Below are positions 1 through 13,397 of a stretch of 64,000 nucleotides of DNA, piece by piece. This stretch comes from Lama guanicoe (lineage: Eukaryota): contig MU056050.1 of NCBI GenBank assembly GCA_013239625.1, forward strand, positions 3,582,084 to 3,646,083. Direction: 5' to 3'. Each line of letters begins with the position of its first letter. Within the stretch, counting starts at the first letter, position 1. The notes under the pieces were generated by a model, which did not search any database, had not been told where the DNA came from, and worked only from the letters and a program-made list of their open reading frames with translations. Position numbers and translations under genes: made by a program.

Positions 1-300
1 ATTGAATGCAAAAACAAATATGAGAATTTATCTATGTTGTATGAAGCCAGGTATTAAAGATAACAATACAACTCTTGTCAGTAATTGTTTGGTAAAATAT
101 AGTACTTTTTCATGAAAATCTTATTAATGTTAACATGTATTGAGTTTATTATTATTATTTTAAGTGCATCAGTACATAAACATTTAATTTCTGTTTGCTT
201 TAGCTTCTGATACGTAAATATCAATAGAGATAACTCACAAAGACAACAGCACTTTGGGGTCTTCAAAACATTTTAAAGAGTATAAAGGGGTCCAGAGACC
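1..300 (+). mobile_element. hAT-Charlie (Charlie1-like) DNA transposon 3' end, cut by the window edge
   Basis: atatgagaat..aagccagg..attaaaga ... tttggggtcttcaa..ttttaaagagtataaaggggtccagagacc resembles the recalled Charlie1 3' terminus. Confidence 0.7.
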
Positions 301-559
301 AATGCCAACCATTGATCATTTTTTCTGAAAACTGTGTGTGGTTTCCCTGCCATCAGTGTCTTTTTCTATTCCTAAAGGCTCAGTCCTTAGATTCACAGTA
401 AGAAATTGATTTTTAAATTGCAATCCAGAATGATTACTTACAACTACTCTATGATGCATTTTGAAATTATCTATTCTATTCCAACCAAATCAATTGCTTT
501 CTTAACCCAGTAACTCACACTTTGAAAAAGTGTGAATGATCTCACTTCATTTCCAGGTT

Positions 560-1010
560 TCAGTAATTCTAGTTTGATGCTTTTGAGACCCTATTTCCTG
601 TTCCAACATGCTTCCTAGGTGCCACCTCTAACAGCTGGCTGGACATTTCCTCCTTAATATTTCACAGTTACCTCAAACTCAACTTAGTTTAAAACTGAAC
701 TGACCCCTAAAATATTTTTAAATAGGAAAAATGGGAGATTAGAAAAGCATGTAATCTCAGGTGTATATGAATTAACTAAAACTAAAATATTTACAAATAG
801 ATGCATGGAGAAAGGACTAGGAAAAATAGATCATAATATTAATAGTGATTCATGAGATCATTAGTGATTTTAACTTTCTTTTTTATATGTTTCTATATTT
901 TATTTTCTGTAATAAATATGTACTAATTCATAATCAGAAAGCTATTATTAAGAAATAAAAACAGAACTAATCTTCCTTACACTTCCTACACATCTTCATG
1001 CCTTTCATTT
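560..1010 (+). mobile_element. L2 fragment interrupted by an old L1 (L1ME-like) 3' end at ~704-957
   Basis: L2 motif ggacatttcc..cctcaaactcaac..aaaactgaact; insert flanked by near-direct repeats aaaactgaactga (691-703) / aaaacagaactaa (958-970). Confidence 0.55.
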
Positions 1011-1359
1011 TAAAGGTATGATTCTATTTATCTCAAGATCTGCTTTAAACATATTTTTTCAGTAATAATCATTTTAATAATGCAGACTCTTCCAGAACCA
1101 ATTTATTTTATCACCAAAGGAATTCCAATTTCAGGATAGGTATAGGTAGGTGTCACATACCACCACAAAGTAGGTCCATCAAATTTCTAGGATATCTGAT
1201 GCATTGGTTGAAGGGTACTGCAGATCTCTCTCTCTGTCTTGAAATTGTGTAAAGTACAGTTTATACCACAGGCCATCAAATGGACACTTGGTTACAATGG
1301 GACCGTCTATCCTGTTGTTCAAATACTATTGTGAATAAAGCTTAAAAATTCTATAGTTT

Positions 1360-1665
1360 CAAACACTCCTGCATCTGCCCGAGATGCCCCTCCTTCTCCA
1401 TCTCTAGCTGTGCACTCATATTTATCAGACTTATATCCATTACTGTCTTTTCCAAGAAGCACTCCCCAAACTTCCATCCTGAAATGCCCTCTCTTCTGAA
1501 CTGCTAAAGCACTTTACTTCTCTTGGCCCTTATCTCATTCTGCTTTGTATTACAGTTTTTTTATTTAGAAGTTTATTTCTCCTATTGTACTTATGTCTTC
1601 GAGGGCAAGGACATATCTTTCTATATATCTTAGTTACACATAGTAGGTCCTTGAGAAGTAACTGG
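1360..1665 (+). mobile_element. L2 3' fragment
   Basis: gagggcaaggacatatctt...cacatagtagg typical of the L2 3' end. Confidence 0.6.
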
Positions 1666-1928
1666 GGACAAATTTTGAATTTAACAATTTTATTTCTAAA
1701 ACAAAGGATTAAAATAATGGGAATTAAGAGAAGTATATAATATGTTCTATTTGATCAAGGTAAGTTCAAATGATCAAGTTTCCTACTTCAAATAGGAAAT
1801 TTTCTTCAATATCTGATGCCTTGATTTAATATCGTCCTTAGTCCACGCCATGCGAATGACTAAGAGGTAATATTGTATTTGGAAGAGATTCTTTCTATGT
1901 ATCTAATAAATTAGGCTTTTGGATATGG

Positions 1929-2390
1929 TGTCAATTATCTACTGCTGCATAACAAATTACCTCAAAACTTCATAGCTTAAAACAACATTTACCATTTCTC
2001 ACAATTTTGTGGGTTTGATGGGTATTTTTTCTGCTGGTCTTGTCTGGGCTCACTTAAGTAGGTGCATTCAGTTGGCAGATCACATGAGGCTGGCTTCATA
2101 TCATGTGGTTTTACATGTCTGGTGACCTGGCTGGGGTGGTGGGAACAACTGAGTTGGGCCTCTCCGTGTGTCTCTCTGTGAGATCTCATATCCTCTCTAT
2201 CAGTTAACTGTTGTTGCATAACAAATGACCCTAGAACTTAGTGGCTTAAAAAAAACACCAGTTTATCATTTCTCATGATTCTGTAGGTTAACCACATGTT
2301 TGCTCTGCTGATTTTTTACTTGACATATTTGTGCAGCTGCCTTCTGCTGGAGAGTTGGCTGAGCTCAAAGGTACAAGGTGGCCCTGCGTG
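1929..2390 (-). mobile_element. Two adjacent old MaLR (MLT1J/K-like) LTR fragments
   Basis: Terminus tgctgcataacaaattacctcaaaact..agcttaaaacaaca at ~1945, repeated in diverged form at ~2212. Confidence 0.6.
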
Positions 2391-2394
2391 TATG

Positions 2395-3300
2395 AGAATT
2401 TCCTTAGACTAGATTCCTAGAGTGGATTTGATGGATTAAAGACTGAGCTGTATACTGCCAAATATCCCTTCAAAAAGGCAGGAGTGTATGAAAGTGTGCA
2501 TTCCCCCTGTACTAAACAACACTGTACATCATCAAACATTTTACACTAATGCACAAAAATATCTCTTTGATGTTTTAATACACATTTGCTTGATTGCAAA
2601 TAAGGCAGAACTTTTTTCATATGATTATTGCCTTTTTTATTTCTTTTGTGAAGTACCTATGTCATTTTCTCATTTTTCTAATAAATTATTTTCCTTTTTC
2701 TCATGGATTTGTTGGAATTCTGATATATTCTAGGCATTACTCTTTTGCTGTGCATGTTGTCAATATCCTCTCTCATCTATCACTTGATGTTTTCAAATCT
2801 GTCAGTCTTTCTTTCATGGAGTCTGAGTTTTGTATTTTGCTTAGGAACACTTTACCACCCACAATTTTTTTTAGAGTTTCCATTATTTTCTTTTCTTATG
2901 TTCAATATGTTTTTAAAAATCATAACTCTAACATTTATTTTTGCTAATGGCTTCTATTAAGGGGTACAGTCTTTTTTTTTTTGTCCATTTGATTGGCCAC
3001 TTGTTCCAAAATCTTTTATGACATGTCCATTCTTTCCTCAGTAATATGAAGTTTATTGTAAACCAAATACCTTTGATTCAATAGCTTTATACATCTTTTT
3101 AAAAATTCTCAGTTATCTTCCACTGATTTGACTGACTGTCCTGAACTAATACCATGTTATATTAACATTTTATAGTGTGTTTGACCTCTCTCCAGTAAGG
3201 CATTCCCCTTCCTCTCTCATTCTTGTTTTTAATTTTTTTTTGTATGGTTAAATAAAGAATACTTGTGCATATTTTTCCCCTATATGAACTTTCAAGAAGA
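2395..3300 (-). mobile_element. Old L1 (L1M/L1ME) ORF2 3' region, antisense
   Basis: T-rich; attcctagagtgga, atttgcttgattgcaaataaggcagaactttttcatatg and similar antisense L1 motifs. Confidence 0.65.
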
Positions 3301-5314
3301 TCTTACTACTACACAGGGTTTTTTAAATAATGATTCCACATCTCTATCAGGAATGCTGTGGGAAATTGATTATGAATTTTTATTATTGTTATATAACAAT
3401 TATATTTGATAATGTATTTCCCAGAAGAAATTTATCTGTAACACCAAGGAAAAACCTTTCATCAGAGAAGAGAGTCCATATGAGAAATTCACAGAGAAAT
3501 TAGGTGGAAAGACCTTATGAGGCAAATAATGAGGATCAAATTCTTATCTTGAGTGAAGGGCCCAAGAGCTAGGATACATAAGCTAAGCTTCCTGCTCTCA
3601 CTGTCCTGCTCAACCATACTTAATTGAATAAATGCATGTTTCAAATAAACAGCCTTGGAATGGAGCTACTCGCTGGGTAAATTTCATTTTCACTTTGACA
3701 GAGATTGAACTTGGTGTCCACTTGTCTGCCCAGGAGCCCCAAACTACTTGGATCTGTCCTTCTACCTAGGGGACTCCTTCCTTTACCAAATGTCAAGTAA
3801 ACCAAATACTAAACAACCAGCAGTTTGTTACTCTTTCCCCTTTTCCTTCTGTTTGTCTAATCTGAAGGAAAGGAGGAAAAAAGAAGGATGAGTAAAGCCA
3901 CGTAAGAGACACATAACCCTCTAGTTATGGCAACATCTTCTAGAAAAATTGGGGGGTGGGGAGCTACTAGTTATATCATTAAGCAGAGTTGTTGTTTTGA
4001 CTATTTACTTTATGCTTCCCTTTGGTATACCTGGTGGTACTATATACCATTATCAAAGTACTAGTTAGTAAATATATTCAGCCCATACTTTTAAACCTTA
4101 GAATCTCCTTAAACTAAGGAATAGCCTATTTAAGTATAGTCTCTAAAATCGTCCCACAAGGAAAGCAAACATGATCTATCAACTGTTACAATATGCCTGT
4201 TTTCTAAGTAATGTAAAGATGTTGCACATTGTTCCTTCACAGGAAGACTGCCAAAATTATTAATATAATTTCTTTGGAGGAAAGGGGGAAAAATTGTTTC
4301 CCTGATGTCTGCGTAAAATTTAAATGAAAATGAATGTGATTTGAGTGTTAGTATTCATGGCTGCTAGTTCTTCTCTGTTAATTTACATTTATATTCTTAA
4401 TGTCTAGGTTGAGCCTAGGGAAATTTAAAACTCAATTTCATTAATGCTATAACTTCCATAGAAATCTCAATATGCACAGGAGTTCCTAGGTTGTGCAGCT
4501 ATTGAATGAGAATATAGCAGCTAAGCATAATTGCTGAGTGGTTATGATAGTTAAATATGTACTGTCAATTTTGATTTTCGAAATTCCTCTGGGCCTAAAC
4601 CCAGTGTCCAAAAAGTTTTAAAAACATGAAGCTAATATTGTAATGAATTTTAACATCTTTTAAATGGAAACATTACATTTCTGAACCATTGCCCATCTCT
4701 GGTTAATTATGATTTAAACTAGATCATGTTTCACATTTGCAACTATTACATTGACATATATGATGTTTGCAATTACCGCACAACTTGAGGCTTGCAAGTT
4801 CAGCTCACTAGAGTTGGGGTTTTTTCATTTAGTTACTTTTATCGCAAATATGATCGCTACTCCCAGTTAGCAAAGTTAATATGAATAGGAATACTGGGTC
4901 CAAGCAATAATGGCTTCCTCTGAGTCTCAAACAAATACTCCTTTATTTTTCTTCTTTATGAGCTATGTATAGATATACTTTAAAAATATAATATTTAAAG
5001 ATTATGCTTATGAAGTAAGCTTTTTGGGAAGAAAATCCCTAGACATCCCTGAAATTCTTAACAGAATTAACACTATTCTTAATCCTCACTTTGGTTATTT
5101 TGGTAATACTACTCACTAGATCACCCTGAATTATGTTTTAGAGTTATATCTACCCCAGAGAGGTTCTACAGCTCTGAGGCTTCAGACTTTAGTAACTCTT
5201 GCAACTCTAGTCCATGAGAACTTTGGCTTAAAGAGTCATTTATCTTACTGCCTTCTTTCATAACATGAAGCTCAAGTCCTCTTTATAAGTTTCAGTGAAC
5301 TGGCAACAGTAGTA

Positions 5315-5381
5315 AGGTAGAAAGAGGGGAAAGAAAAAAGAAAAGGGAAGAGGAAGGGAGGGAGAGGGAAGGGGAGGGAGA
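5315..5381. repeat. GA-rich low-complexity purine tract
   Basis: aaggtagaaagaggggaaagaaaaaag...gggaaggggagggag. Confidence 0.8.
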
Positions 5382-6103
5382 TACTACACTGTTGCACAGT
5401 GGTTATCAGCGGCTCTGCCTCCAATCACACTCATGGCTATACTGAAAGCTACAGCAATGCTTCTTTACCAAGGAAACATCCATCCCTAGCGGGTAATAGC
5501 ATATGGTGGGACAGAAAGGGAGGCTGTATGTCAGGTTTGAAAAGTTTTCCAAGTGCTATAGAAAGTAAAAAAAAGTTTTACGGCTAAATTTTTTTCATGT
5601 AGAAAGAATTATCTACTCTCTTCTTATTAGAAAAATGAAGTAGCAGCCCTAATGGCTTTCTGCTCTTTGTTTCTGAAGTTGGAGCCAAGGGCAAATTTAT
5701 TTAGACAAATATGTTCTTTAACAACTTCCTAGAAAGAACAAGGAGTCACAAATTTATTTGATTTAAAGCATTATGGTCTTAGTATTTCTGTTCTTTAAGA
5801 TATTTTAAGTACAATTGAAATGAATTATTTTGAAAGACTCAAACTTCATGATAACGTAGTTTAATATCCCTCCTCCATTAATAATTTTGAAAATCTGATA
5901 TTTTAACAAGAAATAAATGTATGATGTACAGTTGGGAATCCAAGAACCTAATTTTTTACTGTTATAAATATTACAAATAAAAAATGGTTACGTGTAAATA
6001 TGCATTAAAGATTCCCTCATCCAGAATGGTGTACCTCTCGGTATACATATTCAGGGTATGCTGAGGGTCTTGCCTGCCACTGTTCATCAGAAGTAGTGTG
6101 TGA

Positions 6104-6622
6104 TGTAAGGCCTAAAAATAGGGCTCCATATTATGCGTTGCCTTGGTATCTGGAGGAACCAGGAGAGTCTCAAATCACCTATCCACAAGTTCTCCTCCTC
6201 ACTCTGCTCCCACGCATAAGGGCCTCTTGTCCAACAATCATCCTTATCAAGGAGACCAGGCACAGTGCCTGCTTACACCTCAGTAGTGGGTTCTCTGTCA
6301 GCCTATGGAATCATTCAAACAAACCAATCACATCCTCCAAGGGCACTAGGGGTCACCCCACCCTTCTGATACTACAAAGCCTGCTTCTTACAGCCCCTGG
6401 TTCTTCCCTCAGTTCCTGAGTACAACCCCACCCCCACCCCCACCCTGCCTGGTGTTACGTGGCATGTGGTGTCTCCTCCCCAAGACTGTGAGTGTATGTG
6501 ATTAATAAACTGCTGTTAATCTCATCTGCCCTGTGTTGGATGGAATGTGTTCAGCCACCCCTATAACCCTAGGATGGGAATACCTCCCTTACCAATGAGG
6601 TGAAAAGGACACAAACCATACA
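6104..6622 (+). mobile_element. ERVL-class solo LTR (MER54/MER73/MER74 group)
   Basis: Starts tgtaaggcc; ccaatcac; gactgtgagtgtatgtgattaataaactgctg poly(A) region typical of this group. Confidence 0.6.
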
Positions 6623-6850
6623 TAGTGAGGCCCTGGAGAATACATTTGATTACCAGAACTAAACAATAACAAAATCTTCAGTAATTTTTCAATTTGGGGT
6701 AGGAAACAGAGGGTATTGGGACACAAGTGCAATTCTTATTTTTTCCCAATTGAATATCGTAATTTTGGAAGTATTAAGGGATATAATGATTTATCAGATG
6801 TTTCCATAGCTGGTGTCAAATAAGTTGGTTTTCTGGACCATGGTATAAAC

Positions 6851-7090
6851 CAGCATTTCCCCAATTTCCTGGATAACATTCACTAGAAGGAATTATTGAC
6901 AAAATAGATAATCAAGCCCCTCCTCCTGAAGATTCATTGAGTGTAGGGTGGGGCCTGGAAATTTGCTTTGTTCTGTTTTTATCAAGCACCCAGGTTATTC
7001 TTACAGCTGCCCACATTTTTTTTGTCATGTGATTCCCAATGGCAGGTCACAACAGGAACTCTTGTCATCAGGGAAACTTGGGAAACACTG
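6851..7090. mobile_element. MER5-like hAT MITE
   Basis: TIRs cagcatttcccca / tgggaaacactg; gggtggggcctggaaattt core. Confidence 0.55.
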
Positions 7091-7194
7091 TTAAGCTGTA
7101 GTAGTGATAGGCTCAGAAAAGCGGAGAAAGTGAATTTTTGGGGCCAGCAGAAGTGTCTCTGTGATGCTTCACCTTCTTGTTTGGAGCTCACCTG

Positions 7195-7375
7195 ATTATG
7201 CCAAGCCCACTCCCTTTTGAGTAACTCAAAGTCAACTGACTAGTAACCTAATCAGAGGACTGATATCTCATCATATTCATAGGTTTGATCATATTTAAAA
7301 GGAGGGGCTTATATAAGGGCCTGTACACCAGAGAGAGGGAATCTTCTGGGCCATCTTAGAATGTTGCCTAGTAGA
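7195..7375 (-). mobile_element. MaLR LTR fragment (MLT1F/G/H-like)
   Basis: aactcaaagtcaactga...gggccatcttagaatgttgccta. Confidence 0.55.
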
Positions 7376-7989
7376 AATGTGATTCATACTTAGAAGGCAA
7401 TGATGGAAATAAAAAAATAAGAATTGTGGTATGAGACTGTTCATCAAAATGGGCATCCATATGAAACTCCAAGAATCTCAGTGTAGATATGTGCTATGAA
7501 TATTTTACCAGTTTAAAGGAGGAGAAGATAGAAATTATAAGATTTTTTAAAGCATATATACACTACCCAAATAGAGAACATGGTAGATATCTGTTTTAAA
7601 ATGCCTCAGTTCTTTCATAGGCAAGACATTGCCTATGAATGTATATATGTATATCTATGTATATATGTATATAGGTGAAGCCTATAGGAAGATGTTGAAA
7701 GGATGGAGAGGGTAACCCTATCCCCACTGGAAGGATAGGATGGAGGAAGTTCAAGGCAATGGAGGTTTAAGAGTTTGAGAAAGCATATGGGATAAAAAGA
7801 TTGGATACAAGTAAGATTAAATGGTTTCAGGTTTCTGAATAGAATGTTGGTCTAAGGTTGTTTCAGTGTTAATGTGTATATAAGAAAGAGAGGATAAAAT
7901 GTAGGCTACCCTTAACTTTTGAATGCTTGATTAAATCTTTTCCTACCTTGTCTTGACTAAGATTCACACAATGAAAACAAAAACTCATG

Positions 7990-8560
7990 TTTATGGCATC
8001 CTAAAGACTAGGACTGATGCCAGTGTGAAGATAAAACTGATAGGGTAGGAACAAGGCCAGTATAGTCAACAGTCAAAAGAAAAAGTGCTGGGCTGATACA
8101 TGAAGTGGAAAACCTTTTAACTGCATGGATGCATGATCAGATACAACAAATGCAAATACTTCTGAATTAAGCAACAGTATTGGCAAAGACGTTTTCTTTT
8201 CAGATTGCTTAAGAACAGGCATAGTGAAATATTAGAGAAAGATGTTTTGCTCATGAGATTTGTTTCAGGAAAAAATAGTAACTTCAGAATTGAGGGAAAG
8301 CTGTAAATATGAAACAGGTGACTCCTTTCTCACTTATAACTTTACAAGGATCATCTTGTGATCTTAGGCCCAAAACTAAGGAGGTAGTAAATGAAGAGTA
8401 GCATGTTCCTTCTATAAAAACATTCTATATGAAGAATGGTTAATATAATCTGCAGTGATTAGCCAAAGGAAGAGAAAGAAGATAATTGCTACCTTGAAAT
8501 ACGGTCATGTGGAGAAAAGATTAAGTCTAATTTTGTCTTTTTGAAAAAGTTAACTAGGCC
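7990..8560 (+). pseudogene. Degenerate Tigger/pogo transposase fragment (CENP-B-type HTH and start of the DDE region)
   Basis: Manual translation from 8066: STVKRKSAGLIHEVENLLTAWMHDQIQQMQILLN*ATVLAK, then (frameshifted) LLKNRHSE and later KRLSLIL; matches the Tigger pattern EMEKLLxxWxxDQ...DRLTLLL. Confidence 0.6.
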
Positions 8561-9465
8561 TAATAAATGGAAGTATAGACAGTCTGTTAAAACAACAAAA
8601 TCTAAAACTTATTACCGTACAATAATGGAGTGGACTACTTTTTATGCTGCTCATTACTGGCAGAGTTAAGCAGAGATTAGCTATCTACCTACCAGGCACA
8701 GTGCAGAGGGAAACTCTGCACTGCTCATAATCTGTGCTCAGGAACTCTGTCAGTCTCTTCTAACTCCTAGATTCTATGATATCAAAACAATTTGTGAATT
8801 TGAACAGCATGAGAGGGTGAGCCAAAGAGTGCCTTGGTGTTTTGCAAACATTCATACATGTATTGTTATTATTTTGTTATTATTATTATTTTACTTTTTC
8901 TGGCGTCATGTAGTAATAGAGATACCACCATCTTCAAAACAGGAATGGACAGCACATAGTGCTTTCAATGAAAGCCTTTGGCTCCTTTATATTTTAATAT
9001 AGTGCTTTGAATATAATGTGGCACTACTGTTACCTCCTCAAAGGGACATAATCTTTGGTTTCCTTTTCAGTACAAACAACAGATTTGTTATTAGTTATTC
9101 ATCTTCTCTGCCCAAATTCTCTTTATGTCTTCCATATATTTATGAAATGGACCGGGATTACTGATCCAGTCTGTTACTTTGTAATAAAGTAAAACAAACA
9201 GCTTTATCTACAAGGCTTTCAAAATGTTGTCATTTTAAATCTCATTCTTCAGTCCACTATACTGGACACACACTATCCAATGGAAAGTCCAGTTAAATTT
9301 CTGACTGTATTCTGCATTTGATTCATAACATACATGTGTCTTATTAATTGAATTTGGTTGTTAATTTGCAGTCATCAAAACTTTTTATGGTCACTGGCAT
9401 TTCCCACAAAAAGGAGAATATTAAAATCTTACAATAACATGGGAAGATAGAAGATAGTCTGTGTG

Positions 9466-9700
9466 GAGACAGTATAATATGATAGCTAAATTTATAGGCT
9501 CTGTAGCCAGACAGACCTGACTTAGGGTTAAATTTCAGCTTCATTACTTACTAGCTTTGTGATCTTTACAAATTGTTTAACTGCTCTGTGCCTCAGTATC
9601 CTCAGAAATAAAGTAGAATAATAAAAGAAACTGTTTCAAATTTTTTTTATGAGCAATGAATGAGATAATACATGTAAAGCCAAAAATTTAACTATTGGTT
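9466..9700 (+). mobile_element. MIR SINE
   Basis: agccagacagacctg...acttactagctttgtgatct...ctctgtgcctcagt...aatgagataatacatgtaaagc. Confidence 0.8.
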
Positions 9701-10815
9701 GTTACTACTGTGATTTCATAAATATGTGAAACTGAAAATGTTATATACTATATAATAGCATGAAACAGTTAATTCAATTTGAAAATAAACATAAGAACCG
9801 TCTTTAATAGGTATATTTTAAGATATATTCATCTATCCTTTTCATATATAATTACTTATTCTGTTCTCCCAAAGAAAGCAATGAATAAATATAAAATGTG
9901 CAGTAGCACATTTTAGTTTTGGTGTAACTAAAACTTTCCTGGAGATAATAAAATATCATATAAAATATCATCTATTGCATCATGTAAATTAGAAGAGTTT
10001 ATTAAAACTAATGAACTGGGTTCATGAAACAAAGTCTACATGTAAAAAAAATGTACGGTTGTTGAATTCTTAGTTAAAAAGCAGTGCACAATAATAATAG
10101 CATTTTCCTGCTAAAGGAGAAAAAACAAACTTTGATTTGCCATTAGATACCCAAGCTGTGATTTCTTTGATTAACATAATCTTTCATAACACAGTGAAAA
10201 TAAAAATTTGTATGATTTCTCACTCTCCTTTTATCGCCAAAGGAAATGTAGTTCTGAAAACCACAAATGAACTGTGTTAACAATTATGAACTATTTGACA
10301 GTAGAACAACATTATTGTTGAGAAACCTAATTTGGACAAGGCGTAAATTGGGTGACGTCCAAACAGATCACATTGAAGTTGTGTGATTTGGTTCAATGTT
10401 ATTAGTGTTACTTCTCTCTTAAACCTAACCTTTAAAAATTAAAAAGAAAACATACACAATGGGCTATGTATTGTTACATGAAGAATAGGCAGTGAGATGA
10501 CACAGAATGAAACCATTTTTATCACATTTTAAAAAATCAGACACATTATTTTTCTATCAATTTTCATATCAATAAGGTAAGGAAGATATAGACCTTAAAA
10601 TATTTTGTCTTTTCCCTTTTTATAAGAATTACATGATAGATAAAATGATAGAGCTTAGAAAATGGAATACTTATATAAACTGGAGCAGAAATCATGTGAA
10701 GTTTGAAAACCCAAGTGCAATTAAAAAACCTATGTATATATTAGAATTATTTTCTGAGCTTGTGTACTTTTAAAATTTTTTCAGCTGCTGAGAGCAAGAG
10801 ACCTTATGTGTTTTC

Positions 10816-11428
10816 CCTAGTAATCCCGAGCCTGGGCATATATCCAGAAGGAACCCTACTTCAGGATGACACCTGCACTCCAATGTTCGTAGCAGCACTA
10901 TTTACAATAGCCAAGACATGGAGACAGCCTAAATGTCCATCAACAGATGACTGGATAAAGAAGATGTGGTATATTTATACAATGGCATACTATTCAGCTA
11001 TAAAAACCAACAACATAACGCCATTTGCAGCAACATGGATGTTCCTGGAGAACGTCATTCTAAGTGAAGTAAGCCAGAAAGAGAAAGAAAAATATCATAT
11101 GAGATCGCTCATATGTGAAATCTAATAAAATAAGAACATAAATGCAAAACAGAAACAGACTCATAGACATAGAATACAAACTTGTAGTTGCAAAGGGGGA
11201 GGGGGTGGGAAGGGACAGACTGGAGTTCAAAATGTAGAATAGACAAACAAGATTATACTGTATAGCACAAGGAAATAGATACAAGATCTTATGGTGGCTC
11301 ACAGAGAAAAAAATGTGACAATGAATATATGTATGTTCATGTATAACTGAAAAATTGTGCTCTACACTGGAAATTGACACAACATTGTAAACTGACTATA
11401 ATTCAATAAAAAAATGTTTAAAATAAAA
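10816..11428 (+). mobile_element. Young 5'-truncated L1 (ORF2 C-terminus to stop at 11125, 3'UTR, A-tail) with 20-bp TSD
   Basis: DTCTPMFVAALFTIAKTW..KMWYIYTMAYYSAIK..LENVILSEVSQ; identical TSD aagagaccttatgtgttttc at 10796-10815 and 11429-11448. Confidence 0.95.
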
Positions 11429-11454
11429 AAGAGACCTTATGTGTTTTCTGTATA

Positions 11455-11718
11455 CAGAGCTGACTTTCCCGTTAGGCAGAGTGCCTAGAGCCCATAACAC
11501 TTTTAGGGGTCCACAAAAATGCTGTCATTTTAATTTCTCTTAACATTAGAAGAAAAAATAAACATAATAATAATGCACACATATTAATAATAACAATGAG
11601 CATATGAATATTTATCTTTATATCACTACAATAAAAAGATAATTTAAAATATCTTTTTGGAGGAAAGCACCACAAAAACGGAAGTGTCTATGGCCCACAA
11701 AAGTTATACATGGCCCTG
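11455..11718. mobile_element. MER96B-like hAT-Tip100 MITE
   Basis: cagagctgactttcccgttaggca..gtgcctagagccc ... gtgtctatggcccacaaaagt..ggccctg. Confidence 0.7.
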
Positions 11719-11735
11719 TATGTACCTCGGGAGGG

Positions 11736-12229
11736 TGTGTTAAGTTGAATAATGACCCCCAAAACATATCAGTGTCTTAATCCCTGGAACCAGTGAGTGT
11801 TGCCTTATATGGCAAAAAAGGACTTTTCAAGTGTGCTTAAATTAAGAATCTTGAGATAAGGAGACGATCCTGGATGGTCTGGGTAGACCTTAAATGTAAC
11901 CCCATGTATCCTCATAAGAGGGAGGCAGAGGAAAGTTTGACATACAGAAGAGGAGAAGGCAGTATGACTATGGAGGGAGAGAGTGGAGTGATGTGGCTAA
12001 AAGCCAAGGTATGTGGACAGCTACCAGAAGCTGGAAGAGGCAAGGGATAGATTCTCCCCTGGAGCCTCTGGAGGGAGTGTGGATCGATCTGCTAACACTT
12101 GCATTTAGGCCCAGAGAAACTGTTTTCACAATTCTAGCTTCTCAAACTGCAAGAGAAAAAATGTGTGTTGTTTTAAATGACCAAGTTTATAGCAGTAATT
12201 TGTTACAGTAGCCATAGGAAACTAATACA
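11736..12229 (+). mobile_element. Full-length MaLR solo LTR (MLT1C/D)
   Basis: TG...CA ends (tgtgttaagttgaataatg / ggaaactaataca); ccagaagctggaagaggcaagg core; 5-bp TSD gaggg/aaggg (4/5). Confidence 0.85.
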
Positions 12230-13397
12230 AAGGGTATTCAAGTTTAATTTGAATTTGTTTATTCCTTAAATACGTTTTTCTATTTGTACTGAAAAAGAAA
12301 AAGAAATGGTATGAAAGATAATGTACATTGATGAAAGAATAATCTATTCACAATATTTAAATAAAGCAAAAAATGTCATTATGCCTGAAATTAAATTGAA
12401 TTGTGGTTAAATGAATTAGTAGCACTTGTATTTTGTTAATGCTAATTAACCAACAGTAACATTCTATCTAAAATTAACAGAAACTCAAAAATATGCTTTA
12501 TATCAACATCAATTATACTTGCAACATATAGCCAAAAAACACTTTTTCAAAAGACAAGTTGATTAACCACAGAAACCACTCATAATCATGAACACTAAAT
12601 CTTTACCTCATTACCCCTTTCCCTGCTGGAAAAAAATATATTTCTTTTCATCATAAGAGGAATGGAAGGGTACAGATTTTCTGAGCTGCTGAAGCCTGTG
12701 ATTGAAATTAAGCTTTATGACACTGCTTACAGAAATTAGAAGGGCAAATGTCAATGCACTTTCAAAAGCAAAAGGCAAGGAATGGATTGTTAAATGGGCA
12801 GAGTTAAGTGGTCTCCTGAAAAGGGCATCTACTAAATGTGATATGTCAAAGAAGTAGTCTTAATGTGTTGCTACAGATCTGTTACTGTAAGCCCTGCATT
12901 CAACAATATCCTTGCTTTAACATTTAATATCTTTGAATCTCAATGGTTTTCAGTGAGATTGATCCATTTAAATGCTGAACGACTTGGAAAATACCTGTCC
13001 CTTTGCTCATCTTTAAATAAAGAGATGTGTATTCTGGAGTTTATCAAGAAGTGGGGAAGTAGAGCTTTTATTTTTCTAACATAATCTAGTCAATTTTCCT
13101 TTCCAAATTCACAGAACCCAATAAACCATATTGACGTGGACATTCTCCAAAGTTCCTTATTCAAAAAGTAATTCATCACAGAAGAATGCATTCTAATTCA
13201 CAATAGTTTCTTGTAGATTTAAAAAATTAATTTCTTCTTCTTCCTATGAAAACTAAGCATGTCTCCAGTGGGATTTAAATTATTTTACAACTAGGCTGTA
13301 AGAATATCTTTGCCTATAATATATATGTGGACAGAAATAGCCACTGCTGCATGTTCTAAGTAATATTTATACTTTAAAATCCATCATGTCTAATTAT

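Noticed and set aside
7614..8723. Short perfect hairpins (11-bp stem at 7614-7639; 10-bp stem at 8699-8723)
   Set aside because: Stems of this length are expected roughly once by chance in 64 kb of AT-rich DNA, and they are too short for pre-miRNA.
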